Part shown: piece after piece, positions 12,277-23,700 of the stretch
Position numbering within the stretch: the first letter of the stretch is position 1
How the letters are laid out: every line of letters begins with the position of its first letter
Position numbers and translations under genes: made by a program
Notes under the pieces: generated by a model
Told to the model about the DNA's origin: nothing
The model's input: the letters and a program-made list of their open reading frames with translations, nothing else
Databases searched by the model: none
Source: Camelus ferus
Lineage: Eukaryota
Direction of reading: 5' to 3'
DNA: 64,000 bases
NCBI RefSeq assembly: GCF_009834535.1
Contig: NC_045698.1
Location: 2,172,001 to 2,236,000 of the forward strand

Positions 12277-12480
12277 TCAGTGCACAGTCTGAAGCTTTCT
12301 CCGGAAGCTGGTTGTAATCACGGCCAGGGAAGCTTTGATCCGGGCTTCAGTGACCGGACTTCCCTCGTCATCATGAAGAGAGCCCCTTGGTGCGTGTCTC
12401 TGTGATGTAGCTGAAACCTCCTTCCCTGGCTCCGACGCCGGGAGCCTGGGCCTCTCTAAGCGGGACTCGGGGAGGACCAT
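12277..12480 (-). mobile_element. Possible ancient RTE-clade LINE RT C-terminal remnant (MamRTE-like)
   Basis: Translation GKEVSATSQ...GSLHDDEGS..TEARIKASLAVITTSFRRKL loosely resembles the RTE YLG...DEGS..E...RIA..TAA..KL segment. Confidence 0.35.
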
Positions 12481-13339
12481 GTCTAACTGAGGCCGCCATC
12501 AGCGTTTTGGCGCTGTGGAAGTTAGAAGTGCCACGGGAAGCTGACCGAAGGGATTTTTACATGTTGATTTCTTTGCAGCGTGAGGGCGTGATTTATTATC
12601 TACTCCAGGGATCCCCTGAGAGGGAAGATACAGCTCAGACACTGCAACCCGGGGCCCCTTCTCCCGATGGAGAAAGCAACATACAGATGGGAGAATCGGA
12701 GATCTAGGGACCGAAATACCAGGAAATAATTCATGTAAAACATACTAAAGGCCTTTTCCAATATTGGAACATCTTCAGTCACCCCAACAGAGTCCACAAG
12801 CTGGGTGCCAATCCCTCGCAGGGGGAAATGAGTAAACGCCGTGGAGAAGGCACCGCGCGCGCAGGGACACGCTGGTCTAAGCGGCTCCCCAAGCGCCACG
12901 CGTCCGTCTCTGTGCGGAGCTCCCGACGCAGCTCTGCGCTCAGGTCACCTGAGCGTCACTGCAGACATGCTGCGTTAAGCCCGGAGCCCGGGGGCTCGAG
13001 TCTGGGGCTTTGGTGGGACTTGGCCATTTCTGCACAAGTCAGGAGTGATTTCTAGATAATAGCACATCTCTGTAGTAAGCGAAAAGTTCAATAGAAATAA
13101 TCAAAGGGGGGGGGGGTACCAGCAAGAAGGGAAGGGAAGACAGAGCAGGAAGAGAGGGATGTTTGCGGTGGAAATGTGCCAGCCTGTGTGATACAAGATG
13201 CAGAGGTGGCTCTGCGTGGGGAGAGACCCTTCTGCAGGCCCACCCACCCCCTGCCACCGGGGTGCACGGTGGCTGGTGTCCGGAACAAGTGACGTCACCA
13301 ACCACAGCCTCAGCGCCTAGTCCACACCCACAGAGCCCT

Positions 13340-13660
13340 CTGCCTCCTGGCATCTCTACTCGGATGTCTCCAAATCAGCTGACCTCAGCATCCCCAAGGC
13401 AGCTCAGACGACCCTCACCCCACATCCTCTTCCTCCATCCCCATCTCAGTGGGGCCCTGGACCCCGCCTTCCCTCGCCCCCACCTTCAGGGTCACTGACT
13501 GGAGTCACTTCCCCTCCTACTTTCCAAGTCTGCTCTGCCACCATCCTTAACCTGCTCAACGTCTTCTCACCCTATTTTCCACATGCCCTTTGGGACCCTG
13601 CAGTGCTTTCTTTTGCTGCATCCAAAGTGATCTCTTCAAAGCGAACCCCCAACCGCCTCA
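13340..13660 (+). mobile_element. L2 LINE fragment (degenerate)
   Basis: ggcatctctactcggatgtctcc...ccccatctcagtgg...ccaaagtgatctcttcaaag resembles the L2 3' region. Confidence 0.5.
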
Positions 13661-13734
13661 GGCCTTCTGCCGGAGAAGCTCAGTGGAGGACAATCTCGCT
13701 GGGAGCCCTTGGGAGAAACTTGGTTGGAGGACGT

Positions 13735-13950
13735 GCTCTTTGGGCTAGCATCATGGTTACAAGTATTTGAGTAAAGATGAAACATTTAGGAAAGTTAAGC
13801 TACCCATAAAAAAAAATCAGATTTTCATCCTTTCTAAAACATCAGAGAGCCCACTACGCTGGTCCTCAGCCTCACACGGCACCGCAGGCCTGAGTGGCGA
13901 CTTCCCATTTAGAAGAGCATGAGCTGCCCACTCCACGGTGGCCGGGCCCA
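13735..13950. mobile_element. hAT-Charlie fragment (MER102-like)
   Basis: cataaaaaaaaatcagattttcatcctttctaaaacatcagagagcccactacgctggtcc...cccatttagaagagcatgagct. Confidence 0.45.
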
Positions 13951-14644
13951 CACACCGCCTTCCGGGGCCCCTCGCTCTCCTCGTAGAGCGAGGGGCCTCC
14001 TCTCCTCCCCCATGACCCCAGGCCCCTAGTGGTTGGACAGCTCATGAGATTGGTTCCAGCCGATGAGAGGTGTAAGGAAGCCGCAAGGTCCCTTCCCGGC
14101 TGCGTCAGAGCCCCTTGTGACTCTCCGGAGATCGCAACTGCAGGTTGGGCGTCTCCACCACCTCGGGCCCCTGAATGCCTCTGTGGAGCCGAAACTCCCA
14201 CTCTGGCCCCTGCTGGGCACATGGGCTGCCCAAAGTAAACCGCGCGGTGGCAAAGCGCCAAGAGCTTGGGATGAACCCGATGCTGTCCTGCTCTGACGCC
14301 TCCACTGGCATTGAGGGACCTGTTTTAGCCTCATGGTCCACGAGGCCGTGAAGGGCTGAACCTCCCACCCCTCCGCTTCCCCTGCTCAGGGCTGTCTTCT
14401 CCTCTCGGGCTCCGGCCACACGGCGCCCGGGATGGAGACGTGCAGTGCTGATTTTCCTCCTGCCACGGCCCCTCGTCCTAGAAAACGCGTCTCCTGGCTC
14501 CCTCTACTCTTCAGTCTCCCTTAAGCATCGCTGCTCACCAGCCCCCAAGTCTGGCGGGCTCCCCTGTTCTCACATGCCCCGTCTACTTGGCCCGCCGGCA
14601 TGGCATGAGTTCCCATCACTGGGTGAATTCGGACCCACTTCTGC

Positions 14645-14765
14645 CTAGTACACTGTTTCTGAGCTGCACGAGGGGAGAAATCCTTGGTATCTCGCCCTCC
14701 TTGTAGCTCGAATACCTTGCCCAGAACACGGCGTTGAGGAGACACGAACACTTGTTGAATAAAGA
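14645..14765 (+). mobile_element. L2 3' end
   Basis: gagctgcacgagggg...ccttgcccagaacacggcg...aacacttgttgaataaa. Confidence 0.55.
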
Positions 14766-16284
14766 CGTGTGTCTCCTGTTGCCCTGTTTTCCGTGTCAGG
14801 CTCTCACATGGTTGTGTGATTCTGATGGGGATGTTCAGCCTCTTGGGGTCTTCATTCCTTTGTCTCTATTGAGATAAACCTTCACTTTCTGACACAAATT
14901 TCTCATTAACTCAGCACTCAGCATTTCTACAAACCTTGAGGGGCTTGTGCTGCAAAAGCAACCCTGCCTGAGGTCCTTCTCCAGCCGGGAGCGTGCTTGG
15001 CCCACGTGTGAAGAGGACTAGGGATGCGGGAGAACTAAGTCCGCAGGAGCTGCCCTTGGTGATGGGCGGGAGGTGTCGGGTAAGGACCCGGCTTCCTAGC
15101 ACAGTGCACACGGCTTCCCAGGCCCTCGGGGTCTGCAGGACCAGCCTGTCTGCTGGTGCCTCCTCTCCTGCACCCTCACCTCCCTGCTCACTCCCCCTCC
15201 CTTCTCCCCAAACATCTACTGATCCTCAAACCTCTGTCTGGGGGTCGCTCCAGAGGAGTTCACACTGCAATGGTCACCACGCTGACAGGCTAGCAGTCCT
15301 GGCTCCCCTGTCTGCCCCGGTGGCGCTGTGGCTTCTCTGTGGCTTTCCTGCCGTTACTGAGTCCCCCCATAGTGGCCCCTCCCCAGCAAGTGGACGCCAC
15401 ATACAAGTCTCCCAGCAGCCCTGTGAACAAGGCTCCCTCTCGTTTTAACCCCTGAAGACACCCTTGCTGACTCCCAGCCATGCCCCAGGCCAGGACCGGG
15501 TGCCACCATGCCCCCTTCTCCAGGGTGAGTCCGTGTGGCGCCCGCGGGTGTAGAAAGTGGTTACTCCCCCCGGGGGCTCGGGGTTCCCATCACAGACTCG
15601 CAGCCCCTCAAAGCAAGCACGTGCTCTCCCACAGGCGTGTTTACTTACGCCTAGCTCACGGCAGCACGAACCTGCAAAGTCGGATCGTCCGCGCCGGCTG
15701 CTTGGTCTCATGCCCAGAGTGCTTTGCACACCTTTTGCTGAGAAGCGCTGAGCTCTGTGGAGCTGCCTGTGCGGCGGCAGCTGCAGGCGCATCTGCATCC
15801 CTGTCCAGCGCAACCCAGCAGCGAGTCGCAAGCGAGCTGTGGGAGGCGGACATGTTTTCTCTAATTTTTTTCAGCATTTCTGTGTATTTATTGCAACGTT
15901 TGCAAAAGATCTGTCACTCAGAAAAGGGCACCTGGGTGCACATGCAATACATCACATGTCCACTACCAGCCGCGCTGGGAGTCACCCGACGAGCCAAACC
16001 CGCCTCCGCGGTTTCTGACAGAGCCGCCTAGGAGCGCGCGCCTGCAGGTGTTCTTGCGGGTTTATGATCAGCTGGCGCATCTCATCATCGCAAGACTGGA
16101 GCTGCACAGACGCTCAGCGCAGGGGTGACGTGAGGAGGGAGCGGCTGCAGGTGGAACGGGCTGACGCCTCTCCCAGTCGTTACGGCCAGTGGGAGCTGGA
16201 CGTTGAGCTGGTGAGAGGGAAAAGGACGATCTGAAAATACCTGCCTACATTTTATTTTTGAACTTCGTTCTGGGAAAGTTTCTG

Positions 16285-16420
16285 TCTTAGTAACCGCTTA
16301 ATAGGTCACCCCCAAATTTAGTGACTTAGAACAATGAAGATCTACTGTCTCAAAGCTTCTGTAAGCCGGCCGTCCATGTGCCGGCCTCGGGCCAAGGTGC
16401 ACCACAGGCTGGCACACGGC
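16285..16420 (-). mobile_element. Old MaLR LTR fragment (MLT1F/G-like)
   Basis: cacccccaaatttagtgacttagaacaa...ctgtctcaaagcttctgt is an antisense MLT1 3' end. Confidence 0.5.
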
Positions 16421-16980
16421 GGTGCCCTCCGGGGCTGGGCCAGCCCACCCTCACCCTCACCGGGCTGTGGGCCGGATGCCCTCCCGAGCGCCCCCTCCTG
16501 GTGGTCGACAGGACTGGGATCCCCAGTGCCTGTTGGACGGGGGCCTCAGGTACCAAGTCCTCAACAGCATCCTAAGTGCCTACGGGTGCAGGTCTCAAAC
16601 TCTACTGCTGCACGGTGCACTCTGGTTTTTAATTGAATTATATTTAACCATAAATTATTTTTTAAAAAACTTATTTTCACATTGAAAACCAATTCCATCC
16701 TATTGCTGAGCTCTGAACCAAACTTCCCGCTGGGTGCAGCTGCTCAGAGACGTGCTGGGCTCTGCAGGTGCTGTAAAGTGTGTCACTGCCCGAGACAAAG
16801 GGCAGGCAAGCGGCCCCACCGGAGAGATCCTGAAGGTCAGATGTGCGGTCAGGGCCCTGACGCCAGCCCTGGGTCCACACAGGCAGCTGCATCACCTCGG
16901 GGTGACCCTTCCCCTGCTGGAGGCTCAGCTCCTTCTCTTGTAAAACAAGGAGAGGTGAAGGGAAGGACGCTTCTGGGTCC

Positions 16981-17338
16981 TGCCTTCTTCTGTCTCGGCT
17001 GCAGTAACAGAGCACCACAGGCGGGTGGGAGTGGCCATCGGAAACTTATTTCTCAGGTTCTGAAGGCCGGGGGCCCAAGGTCAAGGTGCCGGCAGGTGTG
17101 CTGTCTGCTGAGGGTTGGATCCTGGTTCACAGGTGGCTGTCTGTGTCCTCACATCACAGAAGGGACGCGGGAGCTCTGTGGGGCCTCTTTCGTCAGGGCA
17201 CTAACCCCATTCCTGAGGGCCCCAGCCCTCCAACCTTGTCACCCCCAAAGGTCCCGCTGCCTAGCTGTCACCGTAGGGGTAGGACTTCAGCGTGAATCTG
17301 GGCGGGAGTGGGAACGAGCACTCAGTGGACTGTGGCTG
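16981..17338 (-). mobile_element. MaLR solo LTR (MLT1A-like)
   Basis: gctgcagtaacagagcaccacagg...aaacttatttctcaggttctgaagg...caaggtcaaggtgccggcag...agggcactaaccccattc...cacccccaaaggtccc. Confidence 0.8.
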
Positions 17339-18197
17339 TCTGCAACTAGCAGTCCAGGTGATCAAAGAGCAAACATTCTCTTTGTTCAAAGGAATCCACG
17401 TAGGTCATACCCAGCAGACGTCCAGCAGGGCGGCTCAGCTCTGTGCGCAGTGACGGGAACGCAGGGCTGTCCCTCTGCTCAAGGGAAGAGTTGTACGCTG
17501 GTCTGACTCCAGGCTGAATTAATTCAAGGAGCTCCTTGGATTTGAGCCCCCAGACCCAAACCCAGGAGTGAGACAGGGAGAGAGGAGGCCCTGAGGACTG
17601 GGCCCTGGGGACAGCACATCGTATCCTGGCCTGGCGTCTCGGGGAGAGAGCCGAGGCGGAGCCCTCATTGGCATGCGGCCGGCGCCTCCTGCTGCCCCCT
17701 CCTCTGGCCTCACTCTTGACTCCAGAATTACCCTGGACCCGGGCCCGGGAGGAGGCTCTGCCCCCCTTTAACCTGCCATCAGGAGCTGCTGCCTGCAGGG
17801 AGAGATGTGCCCTCTGCTTCTCTTACTAAAGCCACACAATATCCACACTTGCCTCTTCTGATTGAATCAGAAATCACTCTAAATCTATCATTCAATTTCA
17901 AAGCAAAATGCAGTTAAATCAGCAGGCTCAGAGAGCTGGCGTCCCCTCCATCCGTTGCCTCGAAAGCTGTCACAGCCGTCCTCAGCTTCCTCTGCGATCT
18001 AGAAAAAGCCTGGACTGTCTCTCTGTCTCTCTCTGTCTCTGTCTCTCTGTGCCTGTGACGCGCTTTCTTGTAACTTACAGGTACTTCAACGACGACAGGA
18101 AAGTACAGAAAGAGGAGCGACGCTTTGGGTTAACCGCTTCCTCTCCGCATCGTCTCATTTCCCCGTATTTGTCCCGGGTTTGTGAAGATGTGCCATT

Positions 18198-18313
18198 CTT
18201 TCTTGGTGGGGGAGGTGACTAGATTTACTCACTTTTAGAGGCAGTACTGGGGATGGAGCCCAGGACCTCATGCATGCTAAGCAAGTACTCTGCCACTTGG
18301 CTATGCCCTCCCC
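18198..18313 (-). mobile_element. tRNA-derived camelid SINE (Vic-1-like)
   Basis: ggggaggtgactagattt...gtactggggatggagcccaggacctcatgcatgctaagcaagtactctgccacttggctatgccctcccc; same family as 5089-5246. Confidence 0.85.
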
Positions 18314-18621
18314 AGTAGCATCCTTAAAGGTTGTGTTGGCGCTCTTCTCTGCACTCCCGCCCTCCCACCCCAGGGTGTGGGTGTGCTGACTGAGTCCAAG
18401 GACAATTTAACCCTGTATCCGCGTACGCCGTGCGGGCACACTTGCTGCAGCACGGCGTCACCTGCGCCAGAATAGCCCATGCACACGGCGTCTGCCCTCG
18501 TGTCCCGTTTTACTGCTCGACGCTCTTGTTTCGAGGTCCATCTCTTCGTACGTAAGGCTTAATTTCTTTTCTTATACTTTTGTCTCAAAATTCATTTATT
18601 TGGGCTTCTTTTTTCTGCTCT

Positions 18622-19740
18622 TAATGTTTTATTTTAGAATAATGATACATCCTGGAAAATTACAAAACTAGTCCAACGTGGTCTCCTGTAGTCCTCACCC
18701 AGTTTCCCCCGATGGTGACGTGCTGAGTAATCACGCAACTTCAAAACCAGGACTCCGACACGGATGCACGGACGCCGAGGACTGATGGCATTTTCCCACA
18801 GGTGGGGACACTCGTGGCCACACCGCAACCAAGACACAGCTGTGACGACACCACGCCGATCTCCCCACCCCCATCCCCTTGCAGTCAGACTCCTCCTCCC
18901 AGAATCTGCACAATCACTCATCTATTTTCCACCGATTATTCTGTAACTTCAAGAACGTCCTATAGATGGAGTCCGTACTGTGCCACCTTGGGGGATGGGC
19001 TTGGTTCCCCTCTGATGAGACACGAGGGTCCACGCGAGCAGCCGCTCACACCACGCAGCTCGCCGTCTGCGGCGCTGGGCCGTGCTGCAGGGCTCCGGCT
19101 CGGGGTGGGCACCGTGCAGGCAGCGAGGTACCCGCAGTGGGAGGTTTGGGCCGTTTCCCGTTTGGGGCCGTCACAAACCACGCTGCTTCGTGCAGTCCTG
19201 CTCAGTGTGTGGGGGGGTTCCCTCTGGATTCAATGCCCAGGAGCGAAACTGCTGGGGCACGGCCCTAGTGTTTTTTTTAATTTGTTTTTGTTCTTAGGAA
19301 GTTTTTCCACTACTTTCCAGAGGGCGGGGCCTGTTGGCCTTCCCAGCACCATGCACGTGAGAACCTGTGTCTCCTCCCCAGCAGGTGGCTCGTGGGGGTC
19401 TTGGCTCAGACCTCCCTGCCGGCCAGTGCTGCCCAGTCTCTTCCACATGCTGATCTGATACCCACACACACGCCTGGGGAAACGTGTCTTCATGTCTTGC
19501 CTGTTTTCCAGCGGGAGTATTTGGCGTTTAATTGTTGAGTTTTAAGAATTCTTTATGTATTCTTGAAATGTCTTCCTTGTCATTTTGTTCTTTGCAAATT
19601 TTTTTCCCAGTCCACATTGTGTCCTCATCTGCTTTACCCCAGAGCAAAAATAGTGCATTTCAATGAAGTCTAATTTATCAGTTTATCTTTTATGAATTGT
19701 GCTTTTGATCACGTCTAGGAGGTTTTCACGCAGCCCAGAA
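18622..19740 (-). mobile_element. Ancient LINE-1 3' region (L1MC-like), GC-shifted
   Basis: cacccagtttcccccgatggtgac...aaaaccaggactccgac...atgcccaggagcgaaactgctggg...ttgttgagttttaagaattctttatgtattct...caatgaagtctaatttatca. Confidence 0.75.
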
Positions 19741-20277
19741 GACACGCTTCTTCTCCATGAGAAGTCAGTCAACAAACCTGGGGGCCGCCCGGTACCAGGT
19801 GTTGGGACAGCGATCGAGGGGCGAGCAGGAATGCAGTGAAGGCAGAATCTTCTCAGCTACAAAAGCCGCAGACACCTGCATGTGGTCTGATGCCAGGACT
19901 TCGATTTTTCTGTTTGTTTAAAGCCATAAAGTACATGTCGTTCCAAAACAACCAGAAGCCTGTGAACGCAGGCTCAGTGGCAGCCCAAAACCAGCAGGCT
20001 GTGCTAGTTAGTTTTTGCCGTGATGTATGCAATGTGTGTACTATACTCACAACAAATGAAAAAATAAGGCTTGATAAAATACACAATAGGATTTTGTACA
20101 AAAATTAAATAAATGACTAGAACCTTGATGAGGATTTACTCTGCCTCGCCCTTCCCTCATGGACCAAGGCTCCTAATAAGGTACTTTGGGGGGTCAAAGG
20201 GGTTGAGTTACCTGTGTCTCCCTTACCTCTCAGTTTGCTCAGATTTGCTCTATTTCCTCAGCATCTCCACAGGCATC

Positions 20278-20753
20278 TGCAGTGGACTGAGTGGTGGCCC
20301 TTAAAAAATTATGCCCAAGTCCTGACCAGAGGAACCCATGAATGGGACTTTATTTGGGGAAAACATGGTATTTGGGGATTTGATTAAGTTAAGAATCTGG
20401 AGAAGAGACCATCCCAGAGTGCCCAGAGGTGCCCCAGGTGCACGACAGGTGTCCTCACAAGAGAGGGAAGCAGGAGACATGAGACAGACACACACACACA
20501 CACACAGACACACATGCACTTGGAGGAGGCACGTGAAGACAGAGGCAGAGTGTGCAGGGATGCGGCCACGAGCTGAGGGGCACCTGGAGGGCCAGGTGCT
20601 GGGGGGCAGGACGGGCTCTCCCTGGACGTGGCCTGTTGACCCCTGATTTCAGACTTACAGCCTCCAGAACTTCGAGGGAATAAACAGACGCCCTTTGCTT
20701 CCTGCCTGTTGCTTTGTGTTACTTTGTTACCTCAGTGCCAGCAAGCTCATACT
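20278..20753 (+). mobile_element. MaLR solo LTR (MLT1C-like)
   Basis: tgcagtggactgagtggtggccc...ttaagttaagaatctggag...gtgaagacagaggcagag...gatttcagacttacagcctccagaac...aataaa. Confidence 0.85.
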
Positions 20754-23700
20754 AACCTGTGACCAACCTCTGAATCAAAACCAAGCTGGTTCCAGGAGCA
20801 TGATGGGGGATGAGGGGCCCCCAGCCACACTGTCCCCGACCAGCCCCTGCATGAAGCCCCGCCGCGCACTCCCTGCCCATCAGGCGGGCCCTGGGCTTCT
20901 CTTGAGGTCCACACCCTGGAGCTAGACGCCGAGGGCGCAAGCCTGCCCCCCTCGTCCAGCCCTCGTCCAGTAGGGCCTGGTCCATGCAAGGGGCGCCTCT
21001 ATTCCGGGGGCTCCCTCGGCCCACACGGCCTACATTAGTCACTCTCAAGAAGCTGCAGCCCGCAGAAGCATTTGCTTTGTGCGTGTTTGGCCCCCGAACA
21101 TGTCAGGGCGGTGGACGCCCTGGTTCCCTGGAGCAGGGAGCAGGAGACGATGCCTCGTGGAGCGTCTGCATCCACACGCAGTGACACACTCATCCTGCGA
21201 GACCTTCCTGCCAGCAGCTGCGTGCCCTGGACCCAGGGCCGCAGGAAGGGGGACCAGAGGAAGGCTGTGACCATGCAGCTCTTCGTTGGCCAAACGTCTG
21301 TCCCTGGGAGGCACTCAGTTGCCCAGGACACACTGAGGCCTCACTGCTGGGAGGAACAGGAGGCAGCGGGACCCAGGTGCTCGGGGAGGGGGCTCCTTCT
21401 CCCAGGAGGACCGGGCGTCCGCCCGTGGGCCTCCCTGAACTGCCTTCAAGCCTCTCAGCCCGTTGGCCCTGCAGCCTGTGCGTGTCACCACTCTCAGCAT
21501 GGGCGTGAGAAGGGGCACCGCCGGGTCCTCACTGGTAAGTGACGTGCATGCATGTGTGTGTGATTTTCACTGTTCTGAGTACTTCACTGAATACAGTTAG
21601 GTCACTCAGCTAAGCCCCTCTGACAGAGCTCCAGCACTGAGGTTTGGTTACGGGAAGGACGCTGAGCTCAGAGGGGACCCCAGCAGCCCAGCCGTGGAGC
21701 AGACAGACCCAGACCGCTGGCCCAGAGCCACACCCACAGTCCCCGATGCGTCCGCTGCTCCTTAAGATCGTTAGACCAGTGGATTATCAGCCAGATTTAT
21801 GTGGAGGGGAAGCAAGTGGAAGGGCCCAGGAAAACGAAATAAAACACGGACGGGGGCAGAGGCTAATAGGGGCAGGGGTGGGACCAGCAACGTGCAGACT
21901 CCCATCCCAAAGGAGACGCACGTTTGTGCAGGGAGGGTGCGCCAGTGGGGAACAGAATGTGCGAAGCCTCGCCCATCAGGGGCCTCCCCATCACGGGCCC
22001 GCCCTCCGGCTGCCCAGGTGCCGGCGCGCTGCAGCCCTCGCACCTCAGCGTCTCACCCCGCCCAGCAGTGCAGTTTCAGGTCCTTGGCCGGAGCCCTGGA
22101 GAGCAGGAGGTGGAGAGCTGGCCTCCTCAAGGGCAGAGCGGTCAGACTGGGAGCAGCGCCCGGGCTCTGGGGCCAGAACGCCGTCGCGGCCCAGGCTCGC
22201 GTGTCCCACCCCCGCCGGCCGAGCCGTTCTCCCAAATGCACTCCTCTGCATTTACGTACTTCTTCTCTGTTTCACTCGTTGACCTTTCCGAGACACAAGG
22301 TCACAGGATGTGGTTCCCAGGGAGGGATCCGTTTACCCGTTTTCACATCTCCTGCCAGGACCGGGGCGGCGGCAGCTCTGAGCGCGGCTTGCTGAGCAGC
22401 TGTGCTGAGCAGCGCCGTGTCCCACATCGGACGTGGCGCAGAGGCCACGCGGGGCCCGGCTCCGCTCCCCTGCAGTGCTGCCGTGCCGCCCGCTCGGCCG
22501 GAAACTGTGTGGGACGGGATTTCTCCATCTCAGAGTGGACGCACAGAGAACACTTGCCCTCTGATTGGAGAACGTCAGTGAGGTAAGAGGACCCCTGCGG
22601 GGAGCTCGCCAGCTTCCCCCTCGGCGCGTGGGGAGGAGTCGTCCTCCAGGAGCCTGAGCAAGAGGAGCATCGCTCCAAAGAGGACACGCGCGGGAGGAAG
22701 CCCCCTTCAGGGGCCGAGGCGGCATCTGCACGTTCTCGGGGTGGAGCTCCGGGCGCGGGGCAGGGGTCATTTGTGAAATAATCAGCAGGACGTTTAAGCA
22801 TCGGGGCTCTCAGACAAGGAGGTCCATCCTCCAGGGGAAAGAGGGCGAGGAAGAGTGGGGCGGACAGGAAGGGGGAGGTTTGCTGTCAGGACCCTGGGGG
22901 CGCCCTTTGGTGCAGAACTGGCGAGAGATGGAGTTCAGAGACCCTGACCCTGCCGGGCGTCACCCGGACGGTCCCTGGATTCCTGGGCCCTACGGAGGTG
23001 GCGAGCGCCACTGCCTTCTCACTAAGGGATACGCACCACACTGAACACAGCTGCGTGCTACTGATCACGTCACTCACAGCCCTGCTGGGCTTCAAGAACA
23101 GGCACAGAAATCATCTCCTGAGTCGTCCCGAAGTCCACTGCGTGCTGAGTTCCCCTCACCGTGGAGTCCGTCCAACCCCAGAAGGAAAGACCTCTCGGCG
23201 TGTCATGTTATTTCTGCCCCAACCTTCTATTTTTTACCCACTACTAGGTTTGCCACGGGCGATGCAGAAACGAGTCCTCTGGTCCCCTTTGCTGTCCTGC
23301 CTCTGAAGCAGCCGTCCATGGCGCCTCCTGCGCCCAGAGTCTTCCTCCCAGAGGCTCCAGGTCTCCGCATGAGCGTCCATCCCGACCTGGCTGCAGGCTC
23401 TCCACCCGTGTGTCCTGCCCGCCCTCCGCAGGTACCCACGCTTCCTCTGCGTGCCTCCCTTTTCCTAATCGTCCACACCTGTCCTCAGACGATTTCCTGC
23501 ATGCCCTAAAATCACTGCTAAAGCGTGCTTGACTGCACAGGTAATTCAAGGTGGAATGCACCCCAGTTAAGCAAGGGCAGCTCCATGTCCAGCAAGAGGG
23601 GCCAGACTGCAGCTGGTGCTGGACGGATGGCTGACTCCCTGACCCGCACGCAGAGGCCTGGGCCCCACAGGCTGCTGGGCAGGGCCGACGGGAGACCACC

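Noticed and set aside
16682..17506. 274-aa ORF, the longest in the window
   Set aside because: It runs through an antisense MLT1 LTR in GC-rich DNA, has a non-ATG start and shows no domain.
21644..22801. Overlapping 145-220 aa ORFs in several frames on both strands
   Set aside because: Explained by stop-codon depletion at high GC; low-information Pro/Arg/Gly/Ala composition and no splice-supported exon.
22895..22915. CTCF-like motif (also at ~17418 and ~63695)
   Set aside because: Only partial matches in GC-rich DNA; needs PWM scoring and ChIP data.
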